Below are positions 31,281 to 42,848 of a DNA stretch of 64,000 bases, in pieces. Both the position numbers and the translations under genes were made by a program. Source of the stretch: [Bacteroides] pectinophilus (lineage in GTDB: Bacteria > Bacillota > Clostridia > Lachnospirales > Lachnospiraceae); contig CP102260.1 in assembly GCA_025146925.1 (NCBI GenBank), positions 1,847,389-1,911,388 of the forward strand, given 5' to 3'. The notes beneath the pieces are model-generated. The model was not told the DNA's origin, searched no databases, and saw nothing but the letters and a program-made list of their open reading frames with translations. Numbering within the stretch: position 1 is the first letter of the stretch; each line of letters starts with the position of its first letter.

Positions 31281-32721
31281 TTACTTATCTTCTGCCTCAT
31301 CAGCTGCAGTTTTCTTCATTTCACCGGCTTTCTCAGCCATAGTTTCTTTAACAACTGAATCAACCTCGTTCAGCTCTTTGCCCAGATAGCTTGGGAGTTC
31401 CATTCCTGCCTGCTTGAACATCTCGTTCATAGGTGGAATTGACTTCATCATTCCTGACAGAAAGTTAGCTGTTGTAGGAGTTCCGTCCTTGCCATTCATG
31501 GAATCCCATACAGTAACCTTGTCAATCTTGATATTCTTGATTGCATCAACCTGAATCTGCATAAGTTCCTGAATCTTATCAGCAACAATAAGCTTGACTG
31601 CTGAATCCGGATCTCCGCCTGCCGCAGCCACAAGATCACGCATACCCTGAGCCTGCTTTGAAAGAATCTCCTGAGCACCGCGGGCCTGTGCTTCCATCTT
31701 GGCATATATGGCATCAGCATCACCCTTTGCCTTACGGCGTACAACTTCCGCAGCAGCCTCAGCCTCAATCTCAGCCTGTTCCTTCTGAATCTGTGCCTTG
31801 ACAATTATATCAGCCTGCTGCGTAGCTCTTTCAAGATCTGCTCTTGTCTGCTCTGCTTCCTTCTGTGCTATATAAGCTTCTTCCTTGGCCTTGGCTGCCT
31901 GAACTGCCTCAGCTGCAGTTGCAACCTTAAGTGCCTCGGCTTCCTTCTCACGGCGGTTGGCATCAGACTGTGCTATCTCGATTCTTGCGGCATTCTCGCC
32001 CTGAATAGCCGCTGCGTCTGCTGCTGCCACCTGAATACGCTGTTCGCGATGTGCATTGGCCTGACCAATCTCACCATCCTTATCCTTCTCAGCAACACTC
32101 TTCTTAGCATCATTGATAGCCTTAGCTGCTGCTTCCTTACCAAGTGCATCGATATATCCCGACTCATCATTGATGTCAGTCACGTTAACATTGATAAGAC
32201 GAAGACCTATCTTCTTAAGCTCTATCTCTACATTATTAGACACTGATAACAGGAACTTATCACGGTCTGCATTAATCTCTTCAATCTCCATTGTTGCAAT
32301 AACAAGTCTTAACTGACCGAGAATAATATCCTTGGCAAGCTCCTGAATCTCGCTCATCTTAAGACCAAGAAGACGCTCTGCCGCATTCTGCATAACCGCA
32401 GGCTCTGTAGATATACCTACTGTAAATCTTGAAGGAACATCTACACGGATATTCTGCTTAGAAAGTGCATTACGCAGATCAACATTGATTGATATAGGTG
32501 TCAGGTCCATATACTGATATGCCTGAATAACAGGAACGATAAATGCCGCACCACCATGCACGCACTTTGCCGAACGCTGCTGTCCGTTCTTATCAGTTCC
32601 TACCTTACCATAGATAACGAGCACCTTGTCAGAAGGACACTTACGATATCTTGAAAAGATTGCAGCCAGTGCTGCAAAAAGCAGCAAGACTATGATACAG
32701 ATTCCTACTAAAATTGCCATA
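31281..32721 (-). CDS. floT: Flotillin-family (SPFH/band-7) protein, FloT/YuaG-like
   Basis: N-terminal TM, SPFH domain, long EA-rich coiled-coil region. Start at MAILVGI after AGGAGAAG RBS. Confidence 0.85.
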
Positions 32722-32816
32722 CTTCTCCTCATTTCTGCGCTGTCATATATTATTTTGTCTGTGCCGCAGCGCTGGCACATAATATATCAGGTCAGATGTC
32801 ATCCGCATTAATGCGG

Positions 32817-33341
32817 TTAATCATCAAACCGTGATTTGCCTGTGTGTTCAACTGCATGATGGCTTCCGTGGAACTTCTTCCATGCTGCAAATATCAGAAA
32901 TATAAGTATTGCAATCCATGCCATATACATAACAACATAGAACCACACAACCGTTACCGGTTTTGCCGACGCAATGTTATCCCCGGTATAATAAAGAACT
33001 ACATTGTCTCCCTTAAGCTGTGACAGTGCATCAATTCCCACTGCATAGATTTTATTATCGCTGTCATATACATATGCAACGCCATTAATCCTGTCATAAG
33101 GCACTTCTACCGAATTGCCTCTTCTTAACTTTATGTCTCCGGCAAGCACACATGATGTTATAAAAATAAGGAACAGACATATTGCAATAAAAAGTATATA
33201 TGCTTTTATTGAAGAAAATCTCTGTCTGCGTTCCACCCTCTCATCATAGAACCCTGCATTGCTTCCCGAGCCGTTATAATCACTGTTGTCTCTGGCGGCC
33301 CTGTCCTGCCAGAATACATCATTGCCGTTAGGTCCTGCCAT
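32817..33341 (-). CDS. Small membrane protein (TM - beta-rich domain - TM; DUF3592-like topology) between nfeD and floT
   Basis: Hydropathy pattern; start uncertain (GTG at 33359 or ATG at 33341). Confidence 0.4.
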   Translation of the reverse strand: MAGPNGNDVFWQDRAARDNSDYNGSGSNAGFYDERVERRQRFSSIKAYILFIAICLFLIFITSCVLAGDIKLRRGNSVEVPYDRINGVAYVYDSDNKIYAVGIDALSQLKGDNVVLYYTGDNIASAKPVTVVWFYVVMYMAWIAILIFLIFAAWKKFHGSHHAVEHTGKSRFDD

Positions 33342-33418
33342 AAGCCAGATGCCTCCCACATATCCTTAATATTACAGCTTTTTATCAGTGTAGCATAAAT
33401 GCAATATACTGTCTACAG

Positions 33419-34165
33419 TCAGACACGCTCAACAACAAGCACATCACCGACAATATCCGTAACTCTTATCTTGGTCCCTGTAGAAAGCTGTTCATGCTCT
33501 TCCGTCATTGCATCACATTCCATAAGGCTTCCCTGTACAACAATATTAACCTTGCCGTTACCTGATGAATTGGCAGGAATCGGTATATACACGCTTCCCT
33601 CTGCACCAATTGCATTCTTAGGATTAAATGTTCCGTTCGCAGTAAGCTTTGCTGTCTGCTGTGCAAGCTTTGCTATAAGATACATTGCTGCCGCTCCGAA
33701 TATAAACCCGACCGCTGATGCCTTAAGTGAGCTTCCGTCCGAAGCGTACATAACCGATGCAGTCCATCCGAATACACACAGGAACGCCATTACCGTCTGT
33801 ATTGTAAATATTCTCAGGCTGCCCGCATCTGCCGGATTAGTTCCCTCATGACTGACGCTGTCAGCATTCATGTCATGATTCATGGCTTCGTGTCCGATAG
33901 CATCATGATTAAGCACTTCATGTCCGTTAAAATCAGGAACATCCATGCTTCCTGCATCGAATCCTCCTGCGTCATGAAATCCTCCGGACAATGCATCACT
34001 GTCAAAATCTATTCCTGATGTATCACTGTAATTGACACCCTCTCCTCCATGACCTATCCCAAAGAGTACAAGTATAGTCTGAATAACCAGAATCAGTGTA
34101 GAAGGTATTGCCACACAATACAGAACTTTCTGAAACATATCCAATGCATTCCACCACTCTGTCAT
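33419..34165 (-). CDS. nfeD: NfeD-family membrane protein (YuaF-like) with C-terminal OB-fold
   Basis: C-terminal GKVNIVVQGSLMECDAMTEEHEQLSTGTKIRVTDIVGDVLVVERV is the NfeD beta-barrel. Flotillin partner gene lies downstream. Confidence 0.7.
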   Translation of the reverse strand: MTEWWNALDMFQKVLYCVAIPSTLILVIQTILVLFGIGHGGEGVNYSDTSGIDFDSDALSGGFHDAGGFDAGSMDVPDFNGHEVLNHDAIGHEAMNHDMNADSVSHEGTNPADAGSLRIFTIQTVMAFLCVFGWTASVMYASDGSSLKASAVGFIFGAAAMYLIAKLAQQTAKLTANGTFNPKNAIGAEGSVYIPIPANSSGNGKVNIVVQGSLMECDAMTEEHEQLSTGTKIRVTDIVGDVLVVERV

Positions 34166-34387
34166 ATCTTCCTCTTTCCGCAGGCATTCCGCCCACATTA
34201 CATATTTTACTTTTGTTGCTGTATGTAAATTTAATTTACCTTTATTATAACATTGCCGTTATATTTGTCAATGTGTTTTTAAAATATAAAATTCCTATAA
34301 TCTGCTTGATTTTTTCAATTTGTAATGATAATATCATCATATAAAATGTAAATGTAATTTACCCAATAATAACCGGAGGTGAAAGTA

Positions 34388-34996
34388 ATGACTAATGCCG
34401 AACTTGGACGTATAATTAAGGAAGCACGAATTGCACGCAGGATGACTCAGAGTGAAGTTGTAGGTGATTTCATTACACGTAACATGTTAAGCCAGATTGA
34501 GAACGGCAATGCAGCGCCATCCATGCGCACACTTCAGTATCTTATGGATGTTCTGGACATACATATTAACATAGAGGAGATTTCTGAGTATTCATCAGAT
34601 TCGGACACATGCATCACTAAGCCGGCAGTGGCAGAATCAGCCGGTATTTTTTTATCAAAGAAGGATAATTCATCAGCTTCCGGTTCATCCGCACTTATCA
34701 GCCGCCTAATGCAATACAAGCAGTTTTTTGCCGAAGGCCGCTATGATACAATATGCCGTGACATCGATAATATTCCCACAGATGGCGATAATATTTTTCA
34801 TGATGAATATTGTGCCATCGGTGCCAGAAGCTGCTACGAATACGCAAGACAGCTTGCGGACTGCGGCAACGCCTGTGATGCGGTAGCATATGCCGACAAG
34901 GCTGCCGAATATGCCCGTCAGGGAATATATTCCAACAATGACATTCTTGCCAAGTCGATTCTCCTCTCGCACGAACAGGCTCTGCATCTTTCATGA
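34388..34996 (+). CDS. XRE-family (Cro/C1 HTH) transcriptional regulator with helical C-terminal domain
   Basis: MTNAELGRIIKEARIARRMTQSEV...LSQIENG HTH_3 signature; RBS GGAGGTG 7 nt upstream. Confidence 0.7.
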   Translation: MTNAELGRIIKEARIARRMTQSEVVGDFITRNMLSQIENGNAAPSMRTLQYLMDVLDIHINIEEISEYSSDSDTCITKPAVAESAGIFLSKKDNSSASGSSALISRLMQYKQFFAEGRYDTICRDIDNIPTDGDNIFHDEYCAIGARSCYEYARQLADCGNACDAVAYADKAAEYARQGIYSNNDILAKSILLSHEQALHLS

Positions 34997-35095
34997 TATC
35001 CACATGAAGACACAGAGCCTGTCTTTAATTATATTTTCATATTAGTATATAATACTGACACAGAATACCGGCAACATCTTATCAGCCGGATTGGA

Positions 35096-35566
35096 TTAGT
35101 AGAGATTGCGCACCTTGAATTCCTTTTCCGCCTCTCTTCGCTGATCCTTTTTAGCTATATCCTGTCTCTTATCATAGAGCTTTTTGCCTCTTGCAAGTCC
35201 TATCTCCATCTTAATAAGACTTCCGTTCAGATACACCTGAAGCGGTACAACCGTATATCCCTGCTGTGCTGTCTGTGCAGCAAGCTTGTTAATCTCCGAC
35301 TTATGAAGCAGTAGTCTCTTCGGGCGGAGCGGATCCTTATTAAAAATATTGCCTTTCTCATAAGGTGTAATATTCATATTGCAGACATACACCTGACCGT
35401 TTTCTATTCTGACGTATGCCTCTTTTATACTGCACTTGCCCATTCGGAGTGACTTAACCTCAGTCCCGTGAAGTTCAATACCGGCTTCATACTTATCCTC
35501 TATAAAATAGTCAAAATATGCTTTTTTGTTATTTGCTATGAGCTTTCTTCCTTCTGTTGGCCTTGC
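35096..35566 (-). CDS. smpB: SsrA-binding protein
   Basis: [40 protein letters not shown]... Confidence 0.95.
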   Translation of the reverse strand, partial: ARPTEGRKLIANNKKAYFDYFIEDKYEAGIELHGTEVKSLRMGKCSIKEAYVRIENGQVYVCNMNITPYEKGNIFNKDPLRPKRLLLHKSEINKLAAQTAQQGYTVVPLQVYLNGSLIKMEIGLARGKKLYDKRQDIAKKDQRREAEKEFKVRNLY

Positions 35567-37748
35567 CATTGCTTTGCTCACTCCTCTCCATATGTGATGA
35601 CTGCACATTCTCAGCAGCGCTCACCATCTCAAAATCTATGGTTCTAAGCATTCTGTCAGTTCCGGCAACCTTAATGGTAACACGCTGTCCAAGCTTATAT
35701 GTCTTATTATTAAGATCATTAACCATCTCATAGTGATTCTCATCATAAGTATAATATCCATCCTTCAGAGATGTAACAGGAACCATTCCCTCTATTGTAT
35801 TCGGAAGTTCCACATATATTCCCCATGATGTCATTCCCGATATAACGCCTTCATACTCCTCACCTATATGATTCTCCATATACTGGACCATCTTAAGCTT
35901 ATCTGTATCACGTTCTGCATCGTCAGCCCTGCGCTCAGTCTGGCTGGTATGCTTAGCAACCTCCGGAAGTATTGAATCATAATGCTTCAGCCTCTTCTGA
36001 TTCATTCCTCCGTGCAGATTTTCCTTTATTATTCTGTGAATCTGCAGATCGGGATATCTTCTTATAGGTGATGTAAAATGACAGTAATACTTGGCAGCAA
36101 GGCCAAAATGACCTACACACTCTGTAGTATACTGTGCTCTCTTCATGGAGCGTAGCGTAAGCCTGCTGATAAGCATCTCCTCATCAGAGCCTTCGATTCT
36201 TGCAAGCAGCTTCTGAAGTTCCTTAGGATGAATCTCATCGCTGTTCTTGTGAATAGAATATCCAAAATTATTGATAAATGTTGCAAGCCTCTGTATCTTC
36301 TCAGGGTCAGGGTTCTCATGGCTTCTGTAAAGGAATGGCATCTCCTGCCAGAAATAATCCTCTGCCACCGTCTCATTGGCAGCAAGCATGAAATCCTCTA
36401 TAATTCTCGTTGCCTTATTACGTTCATACGGCTTAACCTCAACCGGATTGCCATTATCATCAAGTATAATCTTAGTCTCGGGAAAATCAAAATCTATCGA
36501 ACCGCGCTTTCTTCTCTTCTCCCTGAGAATTGAAGCAAGTTCATCCATATCCTCAAACATACTGACAAAATCCGCATAAGCTGCGCGCTCATCCTCATCC
36601 CTGTCAGTAACTATCTTATTAACGCTTGTATATGTCATTCTCCTGTCAACATTAATCACAGTCTCAGCAATCCTGTGTCCTGTGATGCTGCCATTGGAAT
36701 CTATATCCATAATACAGCTCAACGCAAGCCTGTCCTCTCCCTGATTAAGAGAACATATTCCGTTAGACAGCTTGTGGGGCAGCATAGGTATTACCCGGTC
36801 TACCAGATATACACTTGTCCCTCTCTTATATGCTTCTTTATCAAGCGCACTCTTCTCCGTAACATAATGGCTTACGTCAGCAATGTGGACTCCCAGTCTG
36901 TATGTCACCTTACCATTATCATCATTCTTGACAAGCGTTATTGCATCATCAAGATCCTTGGCATCCTCACCGTCTATTGTGACAGTCTTGAGATTCCTTA
37001 AGTCGACCCTTCCGTTCTTATCTTTCTCATCAACTTCAGACGGAATATTCTTAAGGCTTGTCATAACATCTTCAGGAAATTCAACAGGAAGATCATACGC
37101 CCTCACTATTGACATAATATCTGTTCCCGGATCATTGATATGACCTATTATCTCTGTAACTTCTCCTTCCGGATTCCTTGTAGCCGTTCCGTAATTAGTA
37201 ATCTTTACAACCACCTTATGTCCTGTCATGGCTCCCATTGACTTATCAGACGGTACAAATACATCACAGCTTATCTTTGCATTATCAGGCACAACAAAGC
37301 CAAATGTCCTGTTATCCTGATATGTTCCTACAAGTTCTTTTATTCCACGTTCAACAATCTGTATAACCTTGCCTTCCATGCGCTTTTTCCCGGCATGCTG
37401 CTTAGTTACCGCCACTCTTACCGTGTCGCCGTGAAATGCTCCGCCTGTTGCGCTCTCAGGTATGAAAATATCATCATCCATTCCCTCAACCGTAACAAAT
37501 CCAAAGCCACGCTTTGTAGATTCATAAACTCCGGTATATGATGTATTCTCAACCTTTGTATACTTGCCTCTCCTGGTCAGCCCTATTCTCCCTTCTTCCA
37601 CAAGGCTGTCAAGGACTTTCGCAAGCTCTTGTCTCTGTTCCTTAGGTACCTGAAGAAATATTGCAAGCTCCTTAATCTTCATAGGGACATACAGTTCATC
37701 TTTAACAAGCTCCTCTATTAACTTTTTCCTTCTCTCAAATTCGTCCAT
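35529..37748 (-). CDS. rnr: Ribonuclease R
   Basis: CSD/OB, RNB catalytic domain, S1 domain, basic C-terminal tail. Confidence 0.95.
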   Translation of the reverse strand: MDEFERRKKLIEELVKDELYVPMKIKELAIFLQVPKEQRQELAKVLDSLVEEGRIGLTRRGKYTKVENTSYTGVYESTKRGFGFVTVEGMDDDIFIPESATGGAFHGDTVRVAVTKQHAGKKRMEGKVIQIVERGIKELVGTYQDNRTFGFVVPDNAKISCDVFVPSDKSMGAMTGHKVVVKITNYGTATRNPEGEVTEIIGHINDPGTDIMSIVRAYDLPVEFPEDVMTSLKNIPSEVDEKDKNGRVDLRNLKTVTIDGEDAKDLDDAITLVKNDDNGKVTYRLGVHIADVSHYVTEKSALDKEAYKRGTSVYLVDRVIPMLPHKLSNGICSLNQGEDRLALSCIMDIDSNGSITGHRIAETVINVDRRMTYTSVNKIVTDRDEDERAAYADFVSMFEDMDELASILREKRRKRGSIDFDFPETKIILDDNGNPVEVKPYERNKATRIIEDFMLAANETVAEDYFWQEMPFLYRSHENPDPEKIQRLATFINNFGYSIHKNSDEIHPKELQKLLARIEGSDEEMLISRLTLRSMKRAQYTTECVGHFGLAAKYYCHFTSPIRRYPDLQIHRIIKENLHGGMNQKRLKHYDSILPEVAKHTSQTERRADDAERDTDKLKMVQYMENHIGEEYEGVISGMTSWGIYVELPNTIEGMVPVTSLKDGYYTYDENHYEMVNDLNNKTYKLGQRVTIKVAGTDRMLRTIDFEMVSAAENVQSSHMERSEQSNGKANRRKKAHSK

Positions 37749-37829
37749 ATATTATTCCTCTTATTCCGCAGGCACATACTTCTCTTATTTCTAAAAAGAA
37801 CACTCTTGATTACAAGAGTGTTCCCATCA

Positions 37830-38087
37830 TTAAAAGTTGATATTCAGAATTAATGCAATCACCAGAAATGCTGCAACAAGACATCTTGTAAGAATAACAA
37901 GCTTACCTTCCGCAGAACGTCCCTTGTTCCTGCCCCAGTATGTATCAGCCGCACCGGCAATAGTTCCTGAGAGACCTGATGACTTACTCTCCTGCATCAA
38001 TACAATAACAGTTAACACTACACATACAATTACAAAGACAATCATAAGAAAAATTCTTATGGTATCTGCCCAAGACATTCCAAACAT
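37830..38087 (-). CDS. secG: Preprotein translocase subunit SecG
   Basis: Two TM helices with LMQESKSSGLSG loop; start MFGMSW after GGAGGT. Confidence 0.8.
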   Translation of the reverse strand: MFGMSWADTIRIFLMIVFVIVCVVLTVIVLMQESKSSGLSGTIAGAADTYWGRNKGRSAEGKLVILTRCLVAAFLVIALILNINF

Positions 38088-38162
38088 CACAATACCTCCA
38101 AATATAATCACATAGATTGAATTATATCATATCATTTATCAAAAAACAATAATAATATTACA

Positions 38163-39161
38163 TTACAGTGTTTTATCTATTCCAAGGCAGTCATATGCAT
38201 GTACAGATGCCATTCTTCCTCTCGGAGTCCTGTTTATGAAGCCATTCTGCACAAGGTATGGCTCATATACATCTTCCAGTGTACCTGCATCCTCCCCTAC
38301 GGCTGCTGCAATCGTCTCAATTCCAACCGGTCCGCCGCCAAACTTATTAATTATAGTAGACAGGATCAGTCTGTCATTACGGTCAAGACCGTCCTTATCC
38401 ACATCCATGAGATTAAGTGCATAATCGGCAACTTCTCTTGTAATCCTGCCATCATATCTTACCTGGGCAAAATCCCTGACGCGCTTCAGCATTCTGTTAG
38501 CAAGACGAGGCGTACCTCTTGACCTTCTTGCAAGCTCATGTGCACCTTCTTCATCAATCTCCACGCCAAGCACCTGTGCTGAACGTCTGATAATCCGCTC
38601 AAGCTCTTCTGTTGTATAGAATTCAAGATGGCTGACAACACCGAATCTGTCTCTTAACGGTGCCGTAAGAAGTCCGGCTCTTGTTGTTGCCCCTACAAGC
38701 GTAAAATGCGGAAGATCCAGCCTTATCGACCTTGCAGAAGCCCCCTTGCCGATAACTATATCAATTGCAAAATCCTCCATTGCCGGATACAGGACTTCCT
38801 CAACCTGCCTGTTAAGTCTGTGTATCTCATCAACAAACAGGACATCACCCTCATTGAGATTGTTAAGAATTGCTGCCATCTCACCGGGTTTTTCAATTGC
38901 CGGTCCTGACGTAACCTTAAGATTCGTTCCCATCTCGTTGGAAATAATACTTGCAAGTGTCGTTTTGCCAAGTCCCGGAGGTCCGTACAGAAGTACATGA
39001 TCAAGGACATCCTTACGATTCCTGGCAGCCTCTATATACACCTTAAGGTTGCTCTTGACGCGTTCCTGTCCTATATATTCTTCAAGCTTCATCGGACGCA
39101 GGCTGTTCTCAAGCTTCTCATCCTCAACAAAGCTCTCCGTTGAAATTACTCTTCTTTCCAT
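38163..39161 (-). CDS. ruvB: Holliday junction branch-migration ATPase RuvB
   Basis: Walker [10 protein letters not shown], sensor motifs, C-terminal winged helix. Confidence 0.95.
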   Translation of the reverse strand: MERRVISTESFVEDEKLENSLRPMKLEEYIGQERVKSNLKVYIEAARNRKDVLDHVLLYGPPGLGKTTLASIISNEMGTNLKVTSGPAIEKPGEMAAILNNLNEGDVLFVDEIHRLNRQVEEVLYPAMEDFAIDIVIGKGASARSIRLDLPHFTLVGATTRAGLLTAPLRDRFGVVSHLEFYTTEELERIIRRSAQVLGVEIDEEGAHELARRSRGTPRLANRMLKRVRDFAQVRYDGRITREVADYALNLMDVDKDGLDRNDRLILSTIINKFGGGPVGIETIAAAVGEDAGTLEDVYEPYLVQNGFINRTPRGRMASVHAYDCLGIDKTL

Positions 39162-39176
39162 ATAACATTCTTCCCT

Positions 39177-39788
39177 TTAAATCATGGCAAGCTTCTTAAG
39201 TGCCGCCTTAATAAGCTGTTCACTGTCCATTGAATCAGCACCATCGACCATATTAACAGCCCTTGCCGCCTCACTTCTTCCGTATCCGAGAGCAACCAGC
39301 GCCTGTACTGTGTCATTCCTTGCATCTCCTGCCGGAAGGTCGTCAACCTCTTCATGTGACAGCCTTATTTCAAATGCTTCTTCGAGCTTCAGCTTATCTT
39401 TCAGTTCTATTATCATTCTCTGTGCTGTCTTAGCACCTATTCCCGGTGCCCTGGAGATTGCCTTAACATCATCTGACAATACCGCGAATCTGAGGTCATC
39501 CGGTGTTATCGTCGAGAGTATTGCAAGAGCTCCCTTAGGGCCTATTCCATTAACTGTGATGAGGAGTCTGAATATATCAACATCTTCCCTGTTAATGAAA
39601 CCATACAGTGTCATAGAGTCCTCTTTGACATTGAGATATGTATGAATCTTAACCATGCTCCCACACGAAGGCATCTTATCTATAACCGTCTGCGGCACAA
39701 TAATATTCATTCCGATTCCGGACGAAGTCTCAACAACTATTGATGTCTCCGATACTTCCGTCAGTTCTCCTTTTATATAGGAAATCAT
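39177..39788 (-). CDS. ruvA: Holliday junction DNA-binding protein RuvA
   Basis: 203 aa; HhH motifs (GIGPKGA, GIGAKTA). Confidence 0.9.
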   Translation of the reverse strand: MISYIKGELTEVSETSIVVETSSGIGMNIIVPQTVIDKMPSCGSMVKIHTYLNVKEDSMTLYGFINREDVDIFRLLITVNGIGPKGALAILSTITPDDLRFAVLSDDVKAISRAPGIGAKTAQRMIIELKDKLKLEEAFEIRLSHEEVDDLPAGDARNDTVQALVALGYGRSEAARAVNMVDGADSMDSEQLIKAALKKLAMI

Positions 39789-41098
39789 TCAGCAACCTCC
39801 CTGCTTCCCAGAAGATAATTAATAAACTGCTGCGCGGTTCTTCCCGATATTCCGCCGTGGCTTAACTCCCACTTGTTAGCTTCCGCACAAAGTTCTTCAT
39901 CAGACATCTTAATTCCTGCTTTCCTTGCAAGCCCCGTAACAATGCCAAAGTACTCCTTCTGTGAAGGCTTGGAGTAATTAATAGTCACACCGAATCTGTT
40001 GACGAGGGAGAGCTTCTCCTCCATAGTATCTGACTTATGCATTCCGTTATCCATCTCAACATCATCTCTGTCATTCCATGTCTCCTTAATAAGGTGACGT
40101 CTGTTAGATGTTGCATATATAAGGATATTATCAGGTTTTGTCTCCACACCACCCTCTATAACTGCCTTAAGGAACTTATATTCAATCTCAAATTCCTCAA
40201 AAGAAAGGTCATCCATATATATTATAAATCTGTAATTACGATTCTTGATTGCCGCTATCACATTAGACAGATCTTTAAACTGATGCTTATATATCTCAAT
40301 CATCCGAAGGCCCCTGTCATAATATTCATTGACAATCGCCTTAATACTTGTTGACTTACCTGTACCACTGTCACCAAACAGCAGGACGTTATTGGCCTTA
40401 CGCCCCTCAACAAATGCTTCCGTATTATCCACAAGCTTCTTCTTCTGGATCTCATATCCTATAAGATCTGAAAGCATAACCTTGTCCATATTATTAATAG
40501 GATTAAATACAATATCATCGCCACGGCTGCTTATTCTGAACGCCTTATTAAGTCCGAACATTCCAACACCGTAATCCTTATAGAACTGTGTTACATGTGC
40601 AAAGAATTCTTCTTCATCAGCTGCGTTCTCAAGCTTCTCACTAAGGGCCTGTACCTTCTCGCTTACATTCTTATTATACATAAGCTCTTTCTTACCTATT
40701 GCCTTATAGTTACAGAGTCTTGTAAAGCAGTCAATTCCAAGTGCTTTCTCAATGGGTTTAAAATCAAAATTAAACAATTCCATAAATACACTGAAGTCAT
40801 TCTTGGCAAACGCATTAACACTGCCATCATTAGCCCCGACCTTCTCACATGTAATACTGAATGGATTCTCATTGGTTATAAGAAGAAATGTAAGATAGTT
40901 GTGCCATAGATTCTTATCAAATCCGTAATCAGTTGCCACAACAAGGAGCTTGCGCACCTGTGCATATATGTCATTAATAAGCTCTCCGTTAGTTGCCTCA
41001 CCACTTGTAAATCTTCTGTAAATATCCCCAAGATTATACAGGATGCTGTCCTTATCAAGATTTCCGTAAATAATCAGCTTTGCTATAATATTATGCAT
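39785..41098 (-). CDS. DUF815-family AAA+ ATPase, 4-nt overlap with ruvA start
   Basis: Walker [13 protein letters not shown] and Walker [12 protein letters not shown]. Start at MHNIIAK after GGAGG. Stop overlaps ruvA ATG (ATGA). Confidence 0.7.
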   Translation of the reverse strand: MHNIIAKLIIYGNLDKDSILYNLGDIYRRFTSGEATNGELINDIYAQVRKLLVVATDYGFDKNLWHNYLTFLLITNENPFSITCEKVGANDGSVNAFAKNDFSVFMELFNFDFKPIEKALGIDCFTRLCNYKAIGKKELMYNKNVSEKVQALSEKLENAADEEEFFAHVTQFYKDYGVGMFGLNKAFRISSRGDDIVFNPINNMDKVMLSDLIGYEIQKKKLVDNTEAFVEGRKANNVLLFGDSGTGKSTSIKAIVNEYYDRGLRMIEIYKHQFKDLSNVIAAIKNRNYRFIIYMDDLSFEEFEIEYKFLKAVIEGGVETKPDNILIYATSNRRHLIKETWNDRDDVEMDNGMHKSDTMEEKLSLVNRFGVTINYSKPSQKEYFGIVTGLARKAGIKMSDEELCAEANKWELSHGGISGRTAQQFINYLLGSREVAE

Positions 41099-41452
41099 CA
41101 CAGCCTCCAATCGTATGTTTGTTCTATTTTTACTATTAATAATACCGCACATTATATAAAACTTCAATATAATAATTGCAATTCAATTATATAAATGTTG
41201 TGCATTTAATTATGTATTTAAAATAGGACTTTCCTTATAACAATATTAATGGTATTATATCTATCGGTGAATCAACGGTTATCTCTGAATTAGTTATATT
41301 TATGTGATAATCGCAATTTTTTTACATAAAATTTAGTAAAAATGATGATTGACTTTACTTTTATCAATGTTATAATCATTCCGATGTGGTTGTAGCATGT
41401 AGGGGAACATCAAAGCAAAAGCTTTTATCACGAAAGGAGTTTTAAAAAGACA

Positions 41453-42736
41453 ATGGCATTCATTAATGGTTTCAATTTATTTGTCTTCGCAATTCTTACA
41501 CTTTTGTATTTTTACCAGATTATCTATGTTATCGTAGCTCTGGTAGGTGAGAAGAAGAAAGATCATTTTGATGAAGAGGCTAAGACATTACACCGTTTTG
41601 CATTTGTTATAGCAGCGCGTAACGAAAGCTCTGTAATAGCGAATCTGATTAAGAGTATCCGCCGTCAGAATTATCCGGCCGAGCTCATTGATGTAATTGT
41701 TATTGCTGATAACTGCACGGATAATACTGCAGAGATTGCAAGAAGCAACGGAGCAATCGTGCTTGAGCGTTTCAATCATATGCTTGTTGGTAAGGGATAC
41801 GCTCTTGATTATGCATTTAACCGTATTGACAGTGAGATGGGCGGCGTTGAGAAGTATGACGGTTATTTCATTTTCGATGCTGATAACATTATTGACCGTA
41901 ACTATGTTCGCGAGATGAACAAAGTATTTGATAAGGGTTACCGTGTAATCACAAGTTACCGTAACTCTAAGAACTATGACACTAACTGGCTTACAGCAGG
42001 ATATGGTCTCTGGTTCCTGCGTGAGGCTAAGTTCCTCAACAACCCACGAATGATGATGAATACAAACTGCGCCGTATCAGGAACCGGTTTCCTTATGAGC
42101 AGTGCTATTGTTAAGGCTAATGGCGGATGGAAGTACCACCTCCTTACAGAGGATATTGAATTCTCTATCGTAAGTGCCATTAAGGGTGAGCGTATCGGAT
42201 ATTGTGAGAAGGCAATTCTCTACGATGAGCAGCCTACTTCATTCAAGCAGTCATGGAATCAGCGCATGCGCTGGTCAAAGGGCTTCTACCAGGTAATGTT
42301 CAAGTATGCAGGGCAGCTTATTTCTACAATGTTCAACAAGAAAGAGCGTTTCACATCATGCTATGACATGCTTATGACTATCGCACCTGCTACACTGCTT
42401 ACAATTACATGTATCCTTGTTAACCTTGCAGGTCTTGTAACATGTGTTATTGAACCTTCAATTGTTCCGGTACTTTTCCCGGTAGCAGCAAAGTCACTTC
42501 TCTTCACATTTGTTAATATGTATGCAATGCTCTTCTTCGTAGGACTGCTTACAATTATTACAGAATGGAAGCAGATAAGATGCAGCGGATTTAAGAAGTT
42601 TTTGTATCTCTTCTCATTCCCTGTTTACATCTTTACATATATTCCGATTGCTATTGTAGCACTCTTCAAGAAGGTTGAGTGGAAGCCAATCGCCCATACA
42701 TGTGTAAAGACTGTTGAGGAGATGCAGGCTAAGTAA
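41453..42736 (+). CDS. Family 2 glycosyltransferase, processive type (DxD, QxxRW) with N- and C-terminal TM helices
   Basis: DNCTDNT / FDADN (DxD) and QRMRW motifs; multiple C-terminal TM segments as in PgaC/IcaA/cellulose-synthase-like enzymes. Confidence 0.8.
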   Translation: MAFINGFNLFVFAILTLLYFYQIIYVIVALVGEKKKDHFDEEAKTLHRFAFVIAARNESSVIANLIKSIRRQNYPAELIDVIVIADNCTDNTAEIARSNGAIVLERFNHMLVGKGYALDYAFNRIDSEMGGVEKYDGYFIFDADNIIDRNYVREMNKVFDKGYRVITSYRNSKNYDTNWLTAGYGLWFLREAKFLNNPRMMMNTNCAVSGTGFLMSSAIVKANGGWKYHLLTEDIEFSIVSAIKGERIGYCEKAILYDEQPTSFKQSWNQRMRWSKGFYQVMFKYAGQLISTMFNKKERFTSCYDMLMTIAPATLLTITCILVNLAGLVTCVIEPSIVPVLFPVAAKSLLFTFVNMYAMLFFVGLLTIITEWKQIRCSGFKKFLYLFSFPVYIFTYIPIAIVALFKKVEWKPIAHTCVKTVEEMQAK

Positions 42737-42848
42737 TTTGCAATAATATGACCATCACATAACTTAAAAATGCCATCAGTTTGTTCATTAAACAAGTACT
42801 GATGGCATTTTTAATATTTATATAATTTATATTGAAAGGTACTAACAT

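Noticed and set aside
35003-35044. 13-codon ORF (MKTQSLSLIIFSY) immediately after the XRE-family regulator, as a possible quorum-sensing peptide
   Set aside because: No RBS. The sequence is better explained as the inverted repeat AAGACA…TGTCTT plus T-run forming the regulator's terminator. The regulator (205 aa) is also too short for an RNPP/Rgg-type peptide receptor.
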